A stretch of 64,000 nt of DNA from Methanomassiliicoccaceae archaeon (GCA_963728405.1 CAVSJV010000013.1:119717-183716); one strand, 5' to 3'; positions 21,201-31,341 are shown, numbered from the stretch's first letter. The notes: generated by a model from the letters alone, not told the origin. Numbers and translations: made by a program.

Positions 21201-22537
21201 GGGGTCGGCCCCAGTTCGCCGGACTGGAACTGCTTCATCAGCTGCTTGCGGAACTTGCGGTTCCCCATGAAGCCCTTCACTGCCTTCTTGGACATATTGT
21301 ACTGCTTCAACAGGTCCCTGACATCCTTGGCCTCCACGCCGGAGCCCCGGGCGATGCGATTGATGCGGGCCGACTTGATCAGCTTGGGGTCCTCCATCTC
21401 CTCATCGGTCATGGAATCCATGATGAACTTGAACTTGCGGAGCTTCTCCTGTGACTCCTCCATGTTCACCTTTTCACCCATCCCGGGCATGCCTGGCAAC
21501 ATGGACACCAACTTCTTCAGCGGTCCCATATTGGTGAGCATCTCCATCTGCTCATACATCTCCTTGAGCGTGAACCGTCCGGACATCATCTTCTTGACCG
21601 TCTCTTCGGCCTTTTCCTCGGAGATGTTGTCCTTGGCAGCCTCCAGCAGGCTCTGGATATCCCCCATTCCCAGCAACCGAGAGATGAACCGGGTCGGGTC
21701 GAACGGCTCGAGGTCGGTAAGGTGTTCCCCTACGCCGATGAACACGATGGGCGCCTGGGTCTGCGCCACCGCGGATAGGGCGCCACCGCCCTTAGCGGTG
21801 CCGTCCATCTTAGTGATGATGACGCTGGTCACTCCGACCGCATCGTGGAACGCCTTGGCCTGCGGACCAGCCTGTTGCCCGACCGAGGCATCAAGGACCA
21901 GGATGCGCTCGTTCGGCTTTACTATGTCCGCTACGCGTTTCAGCTCTGAGATGAGGTCGTCCTCAAGGGCGTGTCTGCCCGATGTGTCGACGATGACCAC
22001 GTCCGAGCCAGCGAAGTGGTGCATGCCGTCCTGAGCGATCTTAGCAGCATCATTTTGCCCTGGCTCGCCATAGAAGGAGACGCCCACTTTGTCGGCAATC
22101 TGCTTCAGCTGATCATAGGCGGCAGGACGATGGACATCGGCGGCAACAACCCCTACCTTGAGCCCTTTTTTGTGGAAGAATCGGGCCAACTTTCCGGTGG
22201 TGGTGGTCTTCCCTTGTCCATAAAGACCGACCATCATGATGGTCTGCTTGCCGATGGGAAGGGGGCGGGGCTGCCCTAGGATCTTGATAAGCTCATCATA
22301 GATGATACGGACGATGTGCTCCTTGGGGCTCGTACCGGCGGTTGGCTGCTCGCTGAGGGCCCGGCGCTCCACCTCCTTGGTCATCTCAAGGACGAGCTTG
22401 ACGTTGATATCGGCCTGAAGAAGCGCTCTCTGAATGTCCCTGGTGATCTCCTTGACCAGCGTTTCGTCGATGTGTGATGCCCCGGTGATCTTCTTGAGGA
22501 CATTACGCAGGGAGTTGCCTAGGTTCTCCAGTACCAT
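21197..22537 (-). CDS. srp54: Signal recognition particle protein Srp54
   Basis: GLYGQGKTTT, DTSGR, TKMDGTAKGGG, Met-rich M domain with RIARGSG. Confidence 0.98.
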   Translation of the reverse strand: MVLENLGNSLRNVLKKITGASHIDETLVKEITRDIQRALLQADINVKLVLEMTKEVERRALSEQPTAGTSPKEHIVRIIYDELIKILGQPRPLPIGKQTIMMVGLYGQGKTTTTGKLARFFHKKGLKVGVVAADVHRPAAYDQLKQIADKVGVSFYGEPGQNDAAKIAQDGMHHFAGSDVVIVDTSGRHALEDDLISELKRVADIVKPNERILVLDASVGQQAGPQAKAFHDAVGVTSVIITKMDGTAKGGGALSAVAQTQAPIVFIGVGEHLTDLEPFDPTRFISRLLGMGDIQSLLEAAKDNISEEKAEETVKKMMSGRFTLKEMYEQMEMLTNMGPLKKLVSMLPGMPGMGEKVNMEESQEKLRKFKFIMDSMTDEEMEDPKLIKSARINRIARGSGVEAKDVRDLLKQYNMSKKAVKGFMGNRKFRKQLMKQFQSGELGPTP

Positions 22538-22606
22538 GAGTGCACCGAGGATAGCTGAGGACCTGGAGCATTTTAAAGGTTGCCATTCGGCAGCCGCTCG
22601 TCAGCC

Positions 22607-23326
22607 TCACCCTAGCTCGAGCCTTTCCCCCGGAGCGAGCACCATTGCCTCCGATATGGTCTCCTTCTCCACACGATCCCTGAATTCCTGCGGATCAGCC
22701 TTGAGCATGTGCATAGGGACGACGATAGTAGGCTTGATAAGCTTGACCGCCTCGACCGCCTGGCCCATGTTCATAGTGAACTTCCCGCCGATGGGCAGCA
22801 AGGCCAGGTCTATCCGACCCAGATCTTTCATCTCATCGATCAGACCAGTGTCTCCGGCATGGTAGATGCGCTTGCCCTCGATCTCCAGAACATATCCCAC
22901 ACATTCGCCTTTCCTATGGTAGGTGATCCCACCCTTCCTGGGGCGATTGTAGGCAAACACGACGTTGATGTTCAGATCCTGGAAGGGAATGTTCTGCCCG
23001 GGGCTGACAACACTCATGCCCTGACCGAGCTTCTTCTGGCATTTTCCCGTAGCGAGCACCGTGGTCATATCACTGGACAACTGGTCTACCACCTCTTTGA
23101 CCACATGGTCCAAATGGTGGTGGGTGACAAGGATCAAGTTTCCCGGACCCATATCTTCAGGCAGATCCGTTCTCTGCTTTCTGGGAGAGAAGGACGACCT
23201 TATCTGGTCCCCGATGCTACTGGATAATGAGGGATCGAAGTATATCAGATGCATTGATGAACGGATCTGGACGAAGGACTGTGGAAACCAACGGACATTT
23301 AACAATAAATCACTGCGCGAAAGCAT
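22607..23326 (-). CDS. MBL-fold metallo-hydrolase
   Basis: THHHLDH, IYHAGDT, LLPIGG, VVPMH. Confidence 0.88.
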   Translation of the reverse strand: MLSRSDLLLNVRWFPQSFVQIRSSMHLIYFDPSLSSSIGDQIRSSFSPRKQRTDLPEDMGPGNLILVTHHHLDHVVKEVVDQLSSDMTTVLATGKCQKKLGQGMSVVSPGQNIPFQDLNINVVFAYNRPRKGGITYHRKGECVGYVLEIEGKRIYHAGDTGLIDEMKDLGRIDLALLPIGGKFTMNMGQAVEAVKLIKPTIVVPMHMLKADPQEFRDRVEKETISEAMVLAPGERLELG

Positions 23327-23561
23327 TCCATCGACCCATAATAAACTTCGGTGGACACGCGTTCACCCTGACGATCTGTCAGAGGAATTTTGCCCACAAC
23401 GCTCAGTCTAACGATATCGTCACCGGGGCATCGGCCCAGTTCACCACATTCTACTGGGCGCTCTGATAAAGTCGCAGATGTTAAGGCACTATTCGTACTC
23501 AGCCGACACGCTATCCAGCGTAGGTGGGATCTGCAACAATATTGATATTGTATAGGACTTT

Positions 23562-23640
23562 AAAAAAGGAAGTGGGAAGGGCTAGCTCTGTCAGAAGGGA
23601 TGGGATGCACTCTGTAAACTAGCCCAACGCTTCCCATTCC
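23562..23640 (-). ncRNA. Candidate stand-alone hairpin small RNA
   Basis: BRE/TATA (GCAAAACC-TATATATA, 23673-23658) upstream, long stem with C-rich loop, T6 tail; no ORF. Confidence 0.6.
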
Positions 23641-23735
23641 TAATATTATCTCTAGCCTATATATAGGTTTTGCAAAGAGTGCAGAATATTATACTGGATA
23701 AAAAATATGGGGGTTAAAGGGGTTTGGGAAACCGA

Positions 23736-24605
23736 TTAGAGATACCCAGACTTCTGAAGGGCCATAAGGTCCTCGGTGCTAAGCTTCTCTCCGGACTTGA
23801 ACTTGTCAAAGATCTTCTCCGCCTCTTCCTTGGCTGAGGACTCGTCCTCTTTCTTCTTGGCCTTCCGGGCCTTCTGCCTCATGCCTGCGATGATCTTGTC
23901 GTAGTCATGCACCTGGCGGATGTTCTCGATGTGCTTCTTGTGCTCCTCGTCGGCGTTGAGCTTGTTAGCGATGAACGATTCCTGGGCACCATCGGCCTCC
24001 TTTCTCAAGGTGTCGGCCTGCTCATATAGGACGATCATTGCGTCGTGCTCGGACTGAGCCTTCTCGGCGCACTCGGAAACGTCCCGGTGGTGGGCCTCGG
24101 CCTGATCCTTCGCATCGCGCAGTTCCTTGATGCCAGTCTTGACTTCCTCGTTCTGCTCGTACGCCTTCTCCCTCTCGCGGATCTGAGCCTGGAGCTTTCC
24201 CATCTCTTCGATGAGCTCTTGCTCCTTATCCTTGGTGAGGACCGAGGTCATTTGTTTGAACTCGAGGTTCTTTAGCTCTTTCTTGAGCTTTGATACCGGA
24301 GGTCCGTTCTTCGGAAGGTTATCCTTCTTGATCTTGGTAACCTTCTCGTTGAGTTCGTTGACCATCTTGTTCCATTTGTCGCGCTGTTCCTTAGCTTCCC
24401 GGACCTTGACGTTCAATTGGTCTCGGGTGCTGCGATGCTTGGCAGCCTGGTCAACCAGTTCCCTGACCTTCGCGTTCAGGGCGTCCCTCTTCTCAACCCA
24501 TTCCCTGGTCTTTTCGTTTAGCTCGTCACGGACCTTGCGGTGCTTCTCCGCTTCAACGTTGTGGAGTTGGCGCTTAGTTTCCAGCTCCTCCAAGAGTTCA
24601 GTCAT
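23736..24605 (-). CDS. Conserved archaeal coiled-coil protein
   Basis: Heptad-rich; LEFKQMT, C-terminal FKSGEKLSTEDLMALQ. Confidence 0.85.
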   Translation of the reverse strand: MTELLEELETKRQLHNVEAEKHRKVRDELNEKTREWVEKRDALNAKVRELVDQAAKHRSTRDQLNVKVREAKEQRDKWNKMVNELNEKVTKIKKDNLPKNGPPVSKLKKELKNLEFKQMTSVLTKDKEQELIEEMGKLQAQIREREKAYEQNEEVKTGIKELRDAKDQAEAHHRDVSECAEKAQSEHDAMIVLYEQADTLRKEADGAQESFIANKLNADEEHKKHIENIRQVHDYDKIIAGMRQKARKAKKKEDESSAKEEAEKIFDKFKSGEKLSTEDLMALQKSGYL

Positions 24606-24718
24606 GCATTCACACTCAAATAGCAAGCGAATAAAATTGCTTGGCAGTAAAGGGCATACTGACACTTGTTTATAATCCTTACGCTTTTTAACTTTTTTTC
24701 AGGGAGGTCGGCCAGCAT

Positions 24719-25129
24719 CTACTTTTTCTTGCTGTCTTCCGCTTCTTCGTCGAACTCCTCTTCTTCACCCTGGTCGTTCGACTTGCTGGGTTCGAGCTGC
24801 ACCTCATGCCAGTCGGATCCGAAACGATCGGCTCCACCGGTCTTGAGCTGGAACTTTACTCTGAGATGGCCGTCCTCGAAGAACACGTAGGCGTTCTTCA
24901 GCATTGATATGTAGAACGACACCCGTTTGCCCTGTTGGGAAAGCCTTCTCTCCTGACATACTAGGAGGCCAGCCGATTCCAGGTCCTTGATCCGACGGTA
25001 ACAGGCGGCGATAGGGATGCCAAACTTCATTGCGATGTCCTGAGCCGAGCGCGGCTGACGGACCGTCGCCACTAGTATCTTGACCGAGTATTCGTCGGTC
25101 AAGAGCTGTGAAACCCTGAGCACGTCTAT
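24719..25129 (-). CDS. Winged-HTH (ArsR-like) regulator; start ATA 25129 or GTG 25123
   Basis: DEYSVKILVAT…SAQDI…IPIAACYRRIKDLE…GK. Confidence 0.85.
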   Translation of the reverse strand: MDVLRVSQLLTDEYSVKILVATVRQPRSAQDIAMKFGIPIAACYRRIKDLESAGLLVCQERRLSQQGKRVSFYISMLKNAYVFFEDGHLRVKFQLKTGGADRFGSDWHEVQLEPSKSNDQGEEEEFDEEAEDSKKK

Positions 25130-25321
25130 ACGGGTCCCCCCTGAAGATGACCGGACAGGATGAATGATAACGACCCTACACGCTCAAAAGCGTTCTCTCC
25201 AGACCTATCTCCCACCCCTAGATTCTGAGGTAGGAGAAACGTTCTCGATTTAAAAGCGTTATGGATTGGATTGATTCTAGATAGAATATCGGATATTAAT
25301 CCAGCGAACCCGGATATCGCC

Positions 25322-25684
25322 TTAGGCTTTCTCGGCGTGGGCGACAGGGCTCTCACCAACATGGACCATCTCCGAATCAGGTAAAAAGTCGATCTCCACG
25401 TTGAAAAGTCCACCGGCGAAGGTGACCTTGGCCACATTCACCGCGCATTGATAGTAGGACACTTTCTTCCCGCGGTAGACCTCTTCATATCCGACACATT
25501 TGACGAGGCCAAACTCTTCCATTCGAGCGACCCTTCGATAGGCCACCGCTATGGGTATGATGCAGGTCCGGCTTATCTGTTGTACGGACATCGGGTTCTT
25601 GAAAGTGGCGCTGAGGATCTTACCAGCGTACTCGTCCGAGATTAACCGAGAGAGGTCCTCATCGCGGGAAACGTTCACTTCCAT
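25322..25684 (-). CDS. Winged-HTH (ArsR-like) regulator, paralog of the downstream gene
   Basis: DEYAGKILSAT…SVQQIS…IPIAVAYRRVARME. Confidence 0.85.
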   Translation of the reverse strand: MEVNVSRDEDLSRLISDEYAGKILSATFKNPMSVQQISRTCIIPIAVAYRRVARMEEFGLVKCVGYEEVYRGKKVSYYQCAVNVAKVTFAGGLFNVEIDFLPDSEMVHVGESPVAHAEKA

Positions 25685-25754
25685 CGCCCGTTGAATCGAC
25701 GTTTCTATTAAAGACTTTATCTTATCAGTATCAGGGTTGATAGTCCACCACCGC

Positions 25755-27374
25755 CTAGATCATCGGCACCATTCTGGGTGACGGCAGCTTCTCTTCCTGG
25801 CCCGCGAAATCAAGGTAGTAGTATGGGGTATGGGGCTTCATTCCTGCGGCCATTACACAGCCAGCCATGTTCTCGAACCGGATATGGATCTTGGCCTGCT
25901 CGCGTAAAGGCGCGAGGGACTGGGACATCGTAGATGCGATGGCGATCACGACATGGCCGCCTCTCCTCATGGCGTCGATGTGGGCCAAGGTCTGTTTGAA
26001 TACATTGGACCCGTACACGCCCTCCATGGCATCATAGCCCAGGATGCTCAGATAGGGGGACGAGGAATCGCCCAACATGTATTTTAGCGAGGACATGCGC
26101 AGGTCCTGCCCGGCATCCTCCCCTTCAATAGCAGTAATGAATGGGTAGCTCTGCTCCTGTCCAGCTTCGGTGTCCAGGATCCTGAAGCTCTTGCTGAGGG
26201 CGTTGGTACCAACCAGCATCCGCATTTGCTCGTCGACGATCGAATAATCGGTCGCATACATGGGAAGCCAGGCCACGCCTCGACCTTTCTCCAGGAAGTC
26301 GCTCATAACTCCAAGCTCGAGACAGCGGACGACGTCCTGGTGGACGTCCAGATCGAACTCCCATAGGACGAGCGAGCCCTTGGGGAACCCGCCAAAGTAC
26401 TGATCGATATAGAAGTTACCTGATGAAACGGTCCGGGAGGTGGGGTCCTTGACCGGTACGTGCTTCTGCATATGTTCTGGAATCCGCACCCAGGTCGGCT
26501 CGAACACCGACATGCGGCCTCCGGTGAGCGTAAGAAAATATTTCCACTGGTCGACCGACTGACCGCGAAGCTTCTCGATGATCATCTGACGGACGCGTCT
26601 TCCGCCGCGGTCCTCCGAGATCATCTGGATGACCCCATCCCCGAGGTAGTCCATATTGGTCTTGCCCGATTGTTCGAGAGTGTAGACGATGTTGGTGCCG
26701 GAATTCTCCACAAGGTCCTTCTGGAGGGTGTTGATTATCCTCTGGGAGCTTATGCCATACCGCTCCGAAAGGGCATCGATGGAGTCGACCACCATGAGTG
26801 TCTTACGGGGCAGGTTCGCCTCTGCCAGATCATAGGCCACCTCGAGTTCGGGGAGCATGACGCCGAGGTCCAGGGTGATCTCCTCTTCGGTGATCTCACC
26901 ACTGAATCCCCCTTCGCCTTCCGCGCCGACCTCGCCCGCCTCGACCTGGCCCTCCAGTTTCTGAAGCTCGGAGCGGACGACCATCAGGGAGTTCTCATTG
27001 GTGTTCAACGCCCTCAATAGGTCCTTGGCCGCCTGAATTGTCACTTGCTGACCGGCCGGTGACTCGGCATGGATAGGCATTTCCTTATTTCGGCGCAGGA
27101 AGGACTTGCCGGCCTTTAGGATATTGTCCCGCTTTGCCTTGTCACGGGCCCACGGGAACTGTCTGAACAGTGCTTCGTCCGATACTCTAGTGGAGAGATA
27201 ATATTCGGGTTGCTCGTCGGATAGCTCTTCGATCACCTGCAGGGCCAGCGTGGTCTTGCCTGTACCGGCTTCCCCTTTCAGCATGAGCGAGTGACCTCCT
27301 GGTGCCCGCATGAAATCCAACAATACCTGGGGGATCTTGCCCCTCTGTCTTTCCGCTGCCGAGGAGGATGCCAT
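25755..27374 (-). CDS. GvpD/KaiC-like RecA-superfamily ATPase (active N-domain, degenerate C-domain)
   Basis: GEAGTGKT, VVDSIDAL, IEKLRG; second domain SSGNFYIDQYFGGFPKGS lacks Walker A. Confidence 0.85.
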   Translation of the reverse strand: MASSSAAERQRGKIPQVLLDFMRAPGGHSLMLKGEAGTGKTTLALQVIEELSDEQPEYYLSTRVSDEALFRQFPWARDKAKRDNILKAGKSFLRRNKEMPIHAESPAGQQVTIQAAKDLLRALNTNENSLMVVRSELQKLEGQVEAGEVGAEGEGGFSGEITEEEITLDLGVMLPELEVAYDLAEANLPRKTLMVVDSIDALSERYGISSQRIINTLQKDLVENSGTNIVYTLEQSGKTNMDYLGDGVIQMISEDRGGRRVRQMIIEKLRGQSVDQWKYFLTLTGGRMSVFEPTWVRIPEHMQKHVPVKDPTSRTVSSGNFYIDQYFGGFPKGSLVLWEFDLDVHQDVVRCLELGVMSDFLEKGRGVAWLPMYATDYSIVDEQMRMLVGTNALSKSFRILDTEAGQEQSYPFITAIEGEDAGQDLRMSSLKYMLGDSSSPYLSILGYDAMEGVYGSNVFKQTLAHIDAMRRGGHVVIAIASTMSQSLAPLREQAKIHIRFENMAGCVMAAGMKPHTPYYYLDFAGQEEKLPSPRMVPMI

Positions 27375-27503
27375 TTTACCTACCTACACTTTATATGCTG
27401 GCCTCAATATTAACCATTTCAGTATAAACCCCTTTCGCTCTCGGTCCATTGACTTGATAAGAACAAGCACCGCCACTAAATATAAATTGAGCGGCTTTTA
27501 TCA

Positions 27504-28877
27504 TTGGCCGTGACCATGCTTATCTGCCCGTTAGATTATCGTTATGGTAGGAAGGAGATGAAGGCGGTGTTCTCGGAGGAGAACCGGCTGCGCACTCAGC
27601 TCCTTGTCGAGGCGGCCCTGGCCCGTGCCCAAGCGACAGCTGGCAGCATCCCTGAGGAGGCTGCCGCTGAGATAACGGTGAAGTGCTCCCCCGAGTTCAT
27701 CAATTTGGAACGGGTAAAGGAGATCGAGGCGGAGACGAAGCATGATGTAATGGCATTGGTCAAGGCGATCTCCGAACAGTGCGGTGAGGCTGGGAAATAT
27801 GTTCACCTAGGGGCGACATCGAACGATATAGTGGACACCGCCGCAGCGTTGGAGTTCAAGTCGGCCATAGATATAATCGAACAGGACCTTGATACGCTGA
27901 TCATCACCATGTGCGCCCTGGCAGCCAAGCACCGCCAGACCGTCATGATCGGCCGTACCCACGGCCAGTTCGCGATACCGACCACCTTTGGATTCAAAGT
28001 GGCCGGATACATCACTGAGCTACTGCGCCACCGCGATAGGGTCAAGGAGATGCGCCCAAGGGTATGTGTGGGCAAAATGTCCGGAGCCATCGGTACGGGC
28101 GCCGGCTTCGGGGACAAGTTCTTCAAGGTCCAGTCCCAGGTCATGAGGGATCTGAAACTGGGTGTGGAAGAAGCTGCCACTCAAGTTGTCAACCGCGACC
28201 GATACGCCGAGTTCGTGTTCACCCTTAGCCTGATAGCCACCTCCTGCGAGAGGTATGCCACCGAGATTAGGAACCTGCAGCGCTCCGAGATCGGCGAAGC
28301 AGCCGAAGCGTTCGATGCCAAGAAGCAGGTCGGCTCATCGACCATGGCACAGAAGAAGAACCCCATGCTCTCAGAGAACATCACCGGATTGGCGCGGGTC
28401 GTTCGCGGGTTCATCAATCCGCAGATGGAATCGATGGTCCTCTGGCACGAGAGGGACCTGTCCAACTCTTCGGCCGAGCGGTTCATCCTTCCTCACGTGG
28501 CGGTGCTCACTGACGATATACTCTACAAGATGAACGATGTGTTCGCTCATCTGTCCGTAAACGAGAAGAGCATGCGTCGCAACATCGACTCGGCCAATGG
28601 ATTCATCATGGCCGAGGCGGTGCTACTTGCTCTCGCCAACAAGGGGATGGGGAGACAGGAAGCTCACGAACTGGTCCGCCAGGTCAGCATGAAGGCAGAG
28701 GAGCAAGGCAAAGGCCTGAAGGCGGCGCTCAAGGAGAATAAGGCGGTGACCAAGCTCCTGTCGGCCAAGGATCTCGATGCGGTCATGGAGCCCGACAACT
28801 ATGTTGGGAAGGCGCCCGAGTTGGTCGATCGGACCATAGATCAGGCCACGGCCGCGCTGGGCCGCAAGATACTCTGA
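27504..28877 (+). CDS. purB: Adenylosuccinate lyase
   Basis: HLGATSNDI, GRTHGQ, GSSTMAQKKNP, HERDLSNS. Confidence 0.97.
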   Translation: MAVTMLICPLDYRYGRKEMKAVFSEENRLRTQLLVEAALARAQATAGSIPEEAAAEITVKCSPEFINLERVKEIEAETKHDVMALVKAISEQCGEAGKYVHLGATSNDIVDTAAALEFKSAIDIIEQDLDTLIITMCALAAKHRQTVMIGRTHGQFAIPTTFGFKVAGYITELLRHRDRVKEMRPRVCVGKMSGAIGTGAGFGDKFFKVQSQVMRDLKLGVEEAATQVVNRDRYAEFVFTLSLIATSCERYATEIRNLQRSEIGEAAEAFDAKKQVGSSTMAQKKNPMLSENITGLARVVRGFINPQMESMVLWHERDLSNSSAERFILPHVAVLTDDILYKMNDVFAHLSVNEKSMRRNIDSANGFIMAEAVLLALANKGMGRQEAHELVRQVSMKAEEQGKGLKAALKENKAVTKLLSAKDLDAVMEPDNYVGKAPELVDRTIDQATAALGRKIL

Positions 28878-28881
28878 ACAC

Positions 28882-29727
28882 TTATTGTGTCAGGTTGTTC
28901 TTGTATCGAATATGGGACAGCACTGTCCGCGTTACCAGAGGATTGGCCTGGTTGGGAGCTATCCCGATATCCTTCAGGACTGCGCTGACCAGCTCCGGCG
29001 TTACATCGATACCGGTGGAATGCCGTACCACCGAGCGGTGGATGGTCTGCACCAGCAGCGTCGCCTCGTCCAAGCGCCTATTGACGGCATGGTCCTCTAG
29101 CGGATCGGCCCAGGCCGATAACATCGTCTCGATGCCCAAGGTCCTGAGCGTGCGGAAGGTACGGATCATGGCGAAGGCATCATCATAGATCGGTACATCT
29201 CCCGGCACTGGAACGGCATCGCCAGTGATGGCGGTGCGGGATGCCGGCGACCATAGGGTGATCGACCCCTTGGAATGGCCAGGGGTGTGGACGACGGCCA
29301 GGGTGGACCCCCCCACCTTGATGATCTCCCCATCCTTGACCATGGTGTCGAGATGGACCGGTCCTGAGATCAGCGTGTCGAAACCGGGGACCGGCCGTTC
29401 GGCCTTCTGTAATGCCGGCCTCTCGATCCATTCTTTCTCCGAACCATGAGCAAGGACCTTGCATCCAGTGGCGGCGACCACCTCTGGCGCCGCGCCGATA
29501 TGATCGGGGTGGGAGTGAGTGAGAATGAGCTTGGAGATCTCCTGGGGCCGCCGCCCTATGGAGCGGATCTTTTTGAAGATCGCCTTTTCCGATCCCTTTA
29601 CTCCCGTATCGATTAGGGTAAGGTCCTCGCTTTCAACGATGAAAACATTGACGAATCGGTCAAGGGCCTTCCCCGGGGCGATGGGCACCTTGAATGGAAT
29701 GGTGAGAGAATGGATGTTGGTGGCCAT
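28882..29727 (-). CDS. MBL-fold hydrolase (glyoxalase II-like)
   Basis: LIDTG, THSHPDHIG, HTPGHSKG, TGD. Confidence 0.88.
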   Translation of the reverse strand: MATNIHSLTIPFKVPIAPGKALDRFVNVFIVESEDLTLIDTGVKGSEKAIFKKIRSIGRRPQEISKLILTHSHPDHIGAAPEVVAATGCKVLAHGSEKEWIERPALQKAERPVPGFDTLISGPVHLDTMVKDGEIIKVGGSTLAVVHTPGHSKGSITLWSPASRTAITGDAVPVPGDVPIYDDAFAMIRTFRTLRTLGIETMLSAWADPLEDHAVNRRLDEATLLVQTIHRSVVRHSTGIDVTPELVSAVLKDIGIAPNQANPLVTRTVLSHIRYKNNLTQ

Positions 29728-30095
29728 GTTCCTCACCCCGGGCAACAGCTCCAAGCTGTTTAGTCTTTCCCCAGGAAACGTCTTATCGGCCGTTTCTACC
29801 CATGGTGCTATGGATCAGAGAGCACTGGTTGGCCAGTTACTGCCTGGAACACTAAAATACCAACCCAGGAGCCCGTAGGCCGTTCGTGCATTTCCGTTCC
29901 GGAGTTCCACAGTTCAGAAATCCATCTCTTGCATCTCGCCCGATAGGAACCCGCTGACCCCGGTCGAGATGACCCTGAGTGCGGACCCATCGTCAGCCTC
30001 AGTCAGCTTCATAGTGATGGTCCCTGTTTCGTCCTACTATTGATGGGTCCGAGGGCCGGTCGCCGGTCTGAGATCGTTGGAGCTAAGGAGGAACA

Positions 30096-30581
30096 GTGAT
30101 GAAAGGCATCGTTGCGTTCGACAGCGTTTACGGGAACACTAAGCAGGTGGCCGAGGCCATCGCCGAGGAGATCAAGGCCCAGGGGCACGAGGTTGAGGTC
30201 TACAATCTGGGTGAGAAGGTGCCCCGGGGAGTGACTGGCGACTTTGTGTTCGTCGGCTCGCCCACCAGGATGTCCAGGATGACGGGGCGGACCAAGAAGT
30301 TCGTCAAGAGGCTGGACAAGAGAACCTGGTCCTCGAAACCAGTGGTCCCGTTCGAGACGATCTTGGCGCTGCCGGAGGACCCGGCGGAGCGGGCCAAGGC
30401 AGAGAAGTGGACCACCCACACCGCCGGCCCGAGGATCAAGGAGCTTGCCGAGAAGCGAGGGCTGATGGTGAGCGAGAAGGTGCTCCGTGTGGATGTGAAG
30501 GGTCTGAAAGGACCGCTGGCCCCTGATGGTCTGAACAAGGCGAGGGAATTCACTCATAGTTTTATCGCAACCATCAAGTGA
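30096..30581 (+). CDS. Flavodoxin-domain protein
   Basis: SVYGNTKQVAEAI FMN-binding loop, VGSPT. Confidence 0.85.
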   Translation: MMKGIVAFDSVYGNTKQVAEAIAEEIKAQGHEVEVYNLGEKVPRGVTGDFVFVGSPTRMSRMTGRTKKFVKRLDKRTWSSKPVVPFETILALPEDPAERAKAEKWTTHTAGPRIKELAEKRGLMVSEKVLRVDVKGLKGPLAPDGLNKAREFTHSFIATIK

Positions 30582-30697
30582 AGATTCCTTTGGGCCTTGT
30601 GCCCAACTCCTTTTCAGATCATTTCCCGTCCTTTGTTCACGGCATAAAAATGGATGGAAAGGGTTTTTGTACTTACCGAGGCTCAATACGATCGTCG

Positions 30698-30880
30698 TCA
30701 GACACTGAAGAAGGTCAATCCGTAGCCCATGTTCCCAGCAGGATCAGTGACGACGATCGCGATGCTGTGAAATCCAGAGCGCAGAGTTCCTGCCGGCACC
30801 TGGTAGGTTACGGTGTAGATGCCTGTGCGCTCGTCATATTGAAGGTTCATCCCACTGCTGACCGTCTTGGCGTCTATCAT
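30698..30880 (-). pseudogene. C-terminal Ig-like fragment of a surface protein
   Basis: beta-rich GIYTVTY…HSIAIVVTDPAGN. Confidence 0.45.
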
Positions 30881-31036
30881 GAGCTGACACCCGGCAAAAC
30901 TATGGAATCTATGGAATTATCGTTTGAGTTCTTGAATGGGTTTGTTCTTTCAATTCAACCACATTCAGATGCGTCCCCCCTTGAACAGGGTCAACCGCAA
31001 ACCATTATATCCACCGTGACATTACCGACTGGTCAA

Positions 31037-31109
31037 GGGCAGATAGATCAGCTGGAAGATCGCGACATTCGCAATGTCGAGGCCGCGGGTTCAAATCCCG
31101 CTCTGTCCA
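31037..31109 (+). tRNA. tRNA-Ala(CGC)
   Basis: GGGCAGA/TCTGTCC with G3:U70, CGACA-TT-CGC-AA-TGTCG, TTCAAAT. Confidence 0.97.
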
Positions 31110-31110
31110 C

Positions 31111-31334
31111 TCAAATTCTGGCTTCTTCAATTTGAACCGTTTGCGGTTCATTTCGGATTCTCTGATACTGGGCGTATTTCGCCATCGCGTTGCTCATATC
31201 CTCGAAGTCTAGTCCTAGATACTTGAGCGTCGTACGGGTGTCGGCGTGACCGAAGATCTTCGCGATCTCCTCGATAGGCACACGTGGGCCCGGAACATCA
31301 TACGGCCGCTGGTCCGGCGGAGGTCATGAAAACG
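31111..31334 (-). pseudogene. Tyrosine integrase C-terminal remnant converging on tRNA-Ala
   Basis: RFHDLRRTSGR…(frameshift)…IAKIFGHADTRTTLKYLGLDFEDM; HxxR, H and Y catalytic residues. Confidence 0.88.
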
Positions 31335-31341
31335 CTTAGGG

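Noticed and set aside
21174-22034. Long antisense ORFs opposite srp54, and similar ones opposite speD, the sulfatase and the DUF389 gene
   Set aside because: Shadow ORFs of GC-rich coding strands with no recognisable motifs.
23360-23540. Several small hairpins upstream of the MBL gene (CTGAC/GTCAG, GCCCAGT/ACTGGGC, ACGCT/AGCGT)
   Set aside because: Short stems without a clear promoter-terminator pair; cannot be separated from chance without comparative data.
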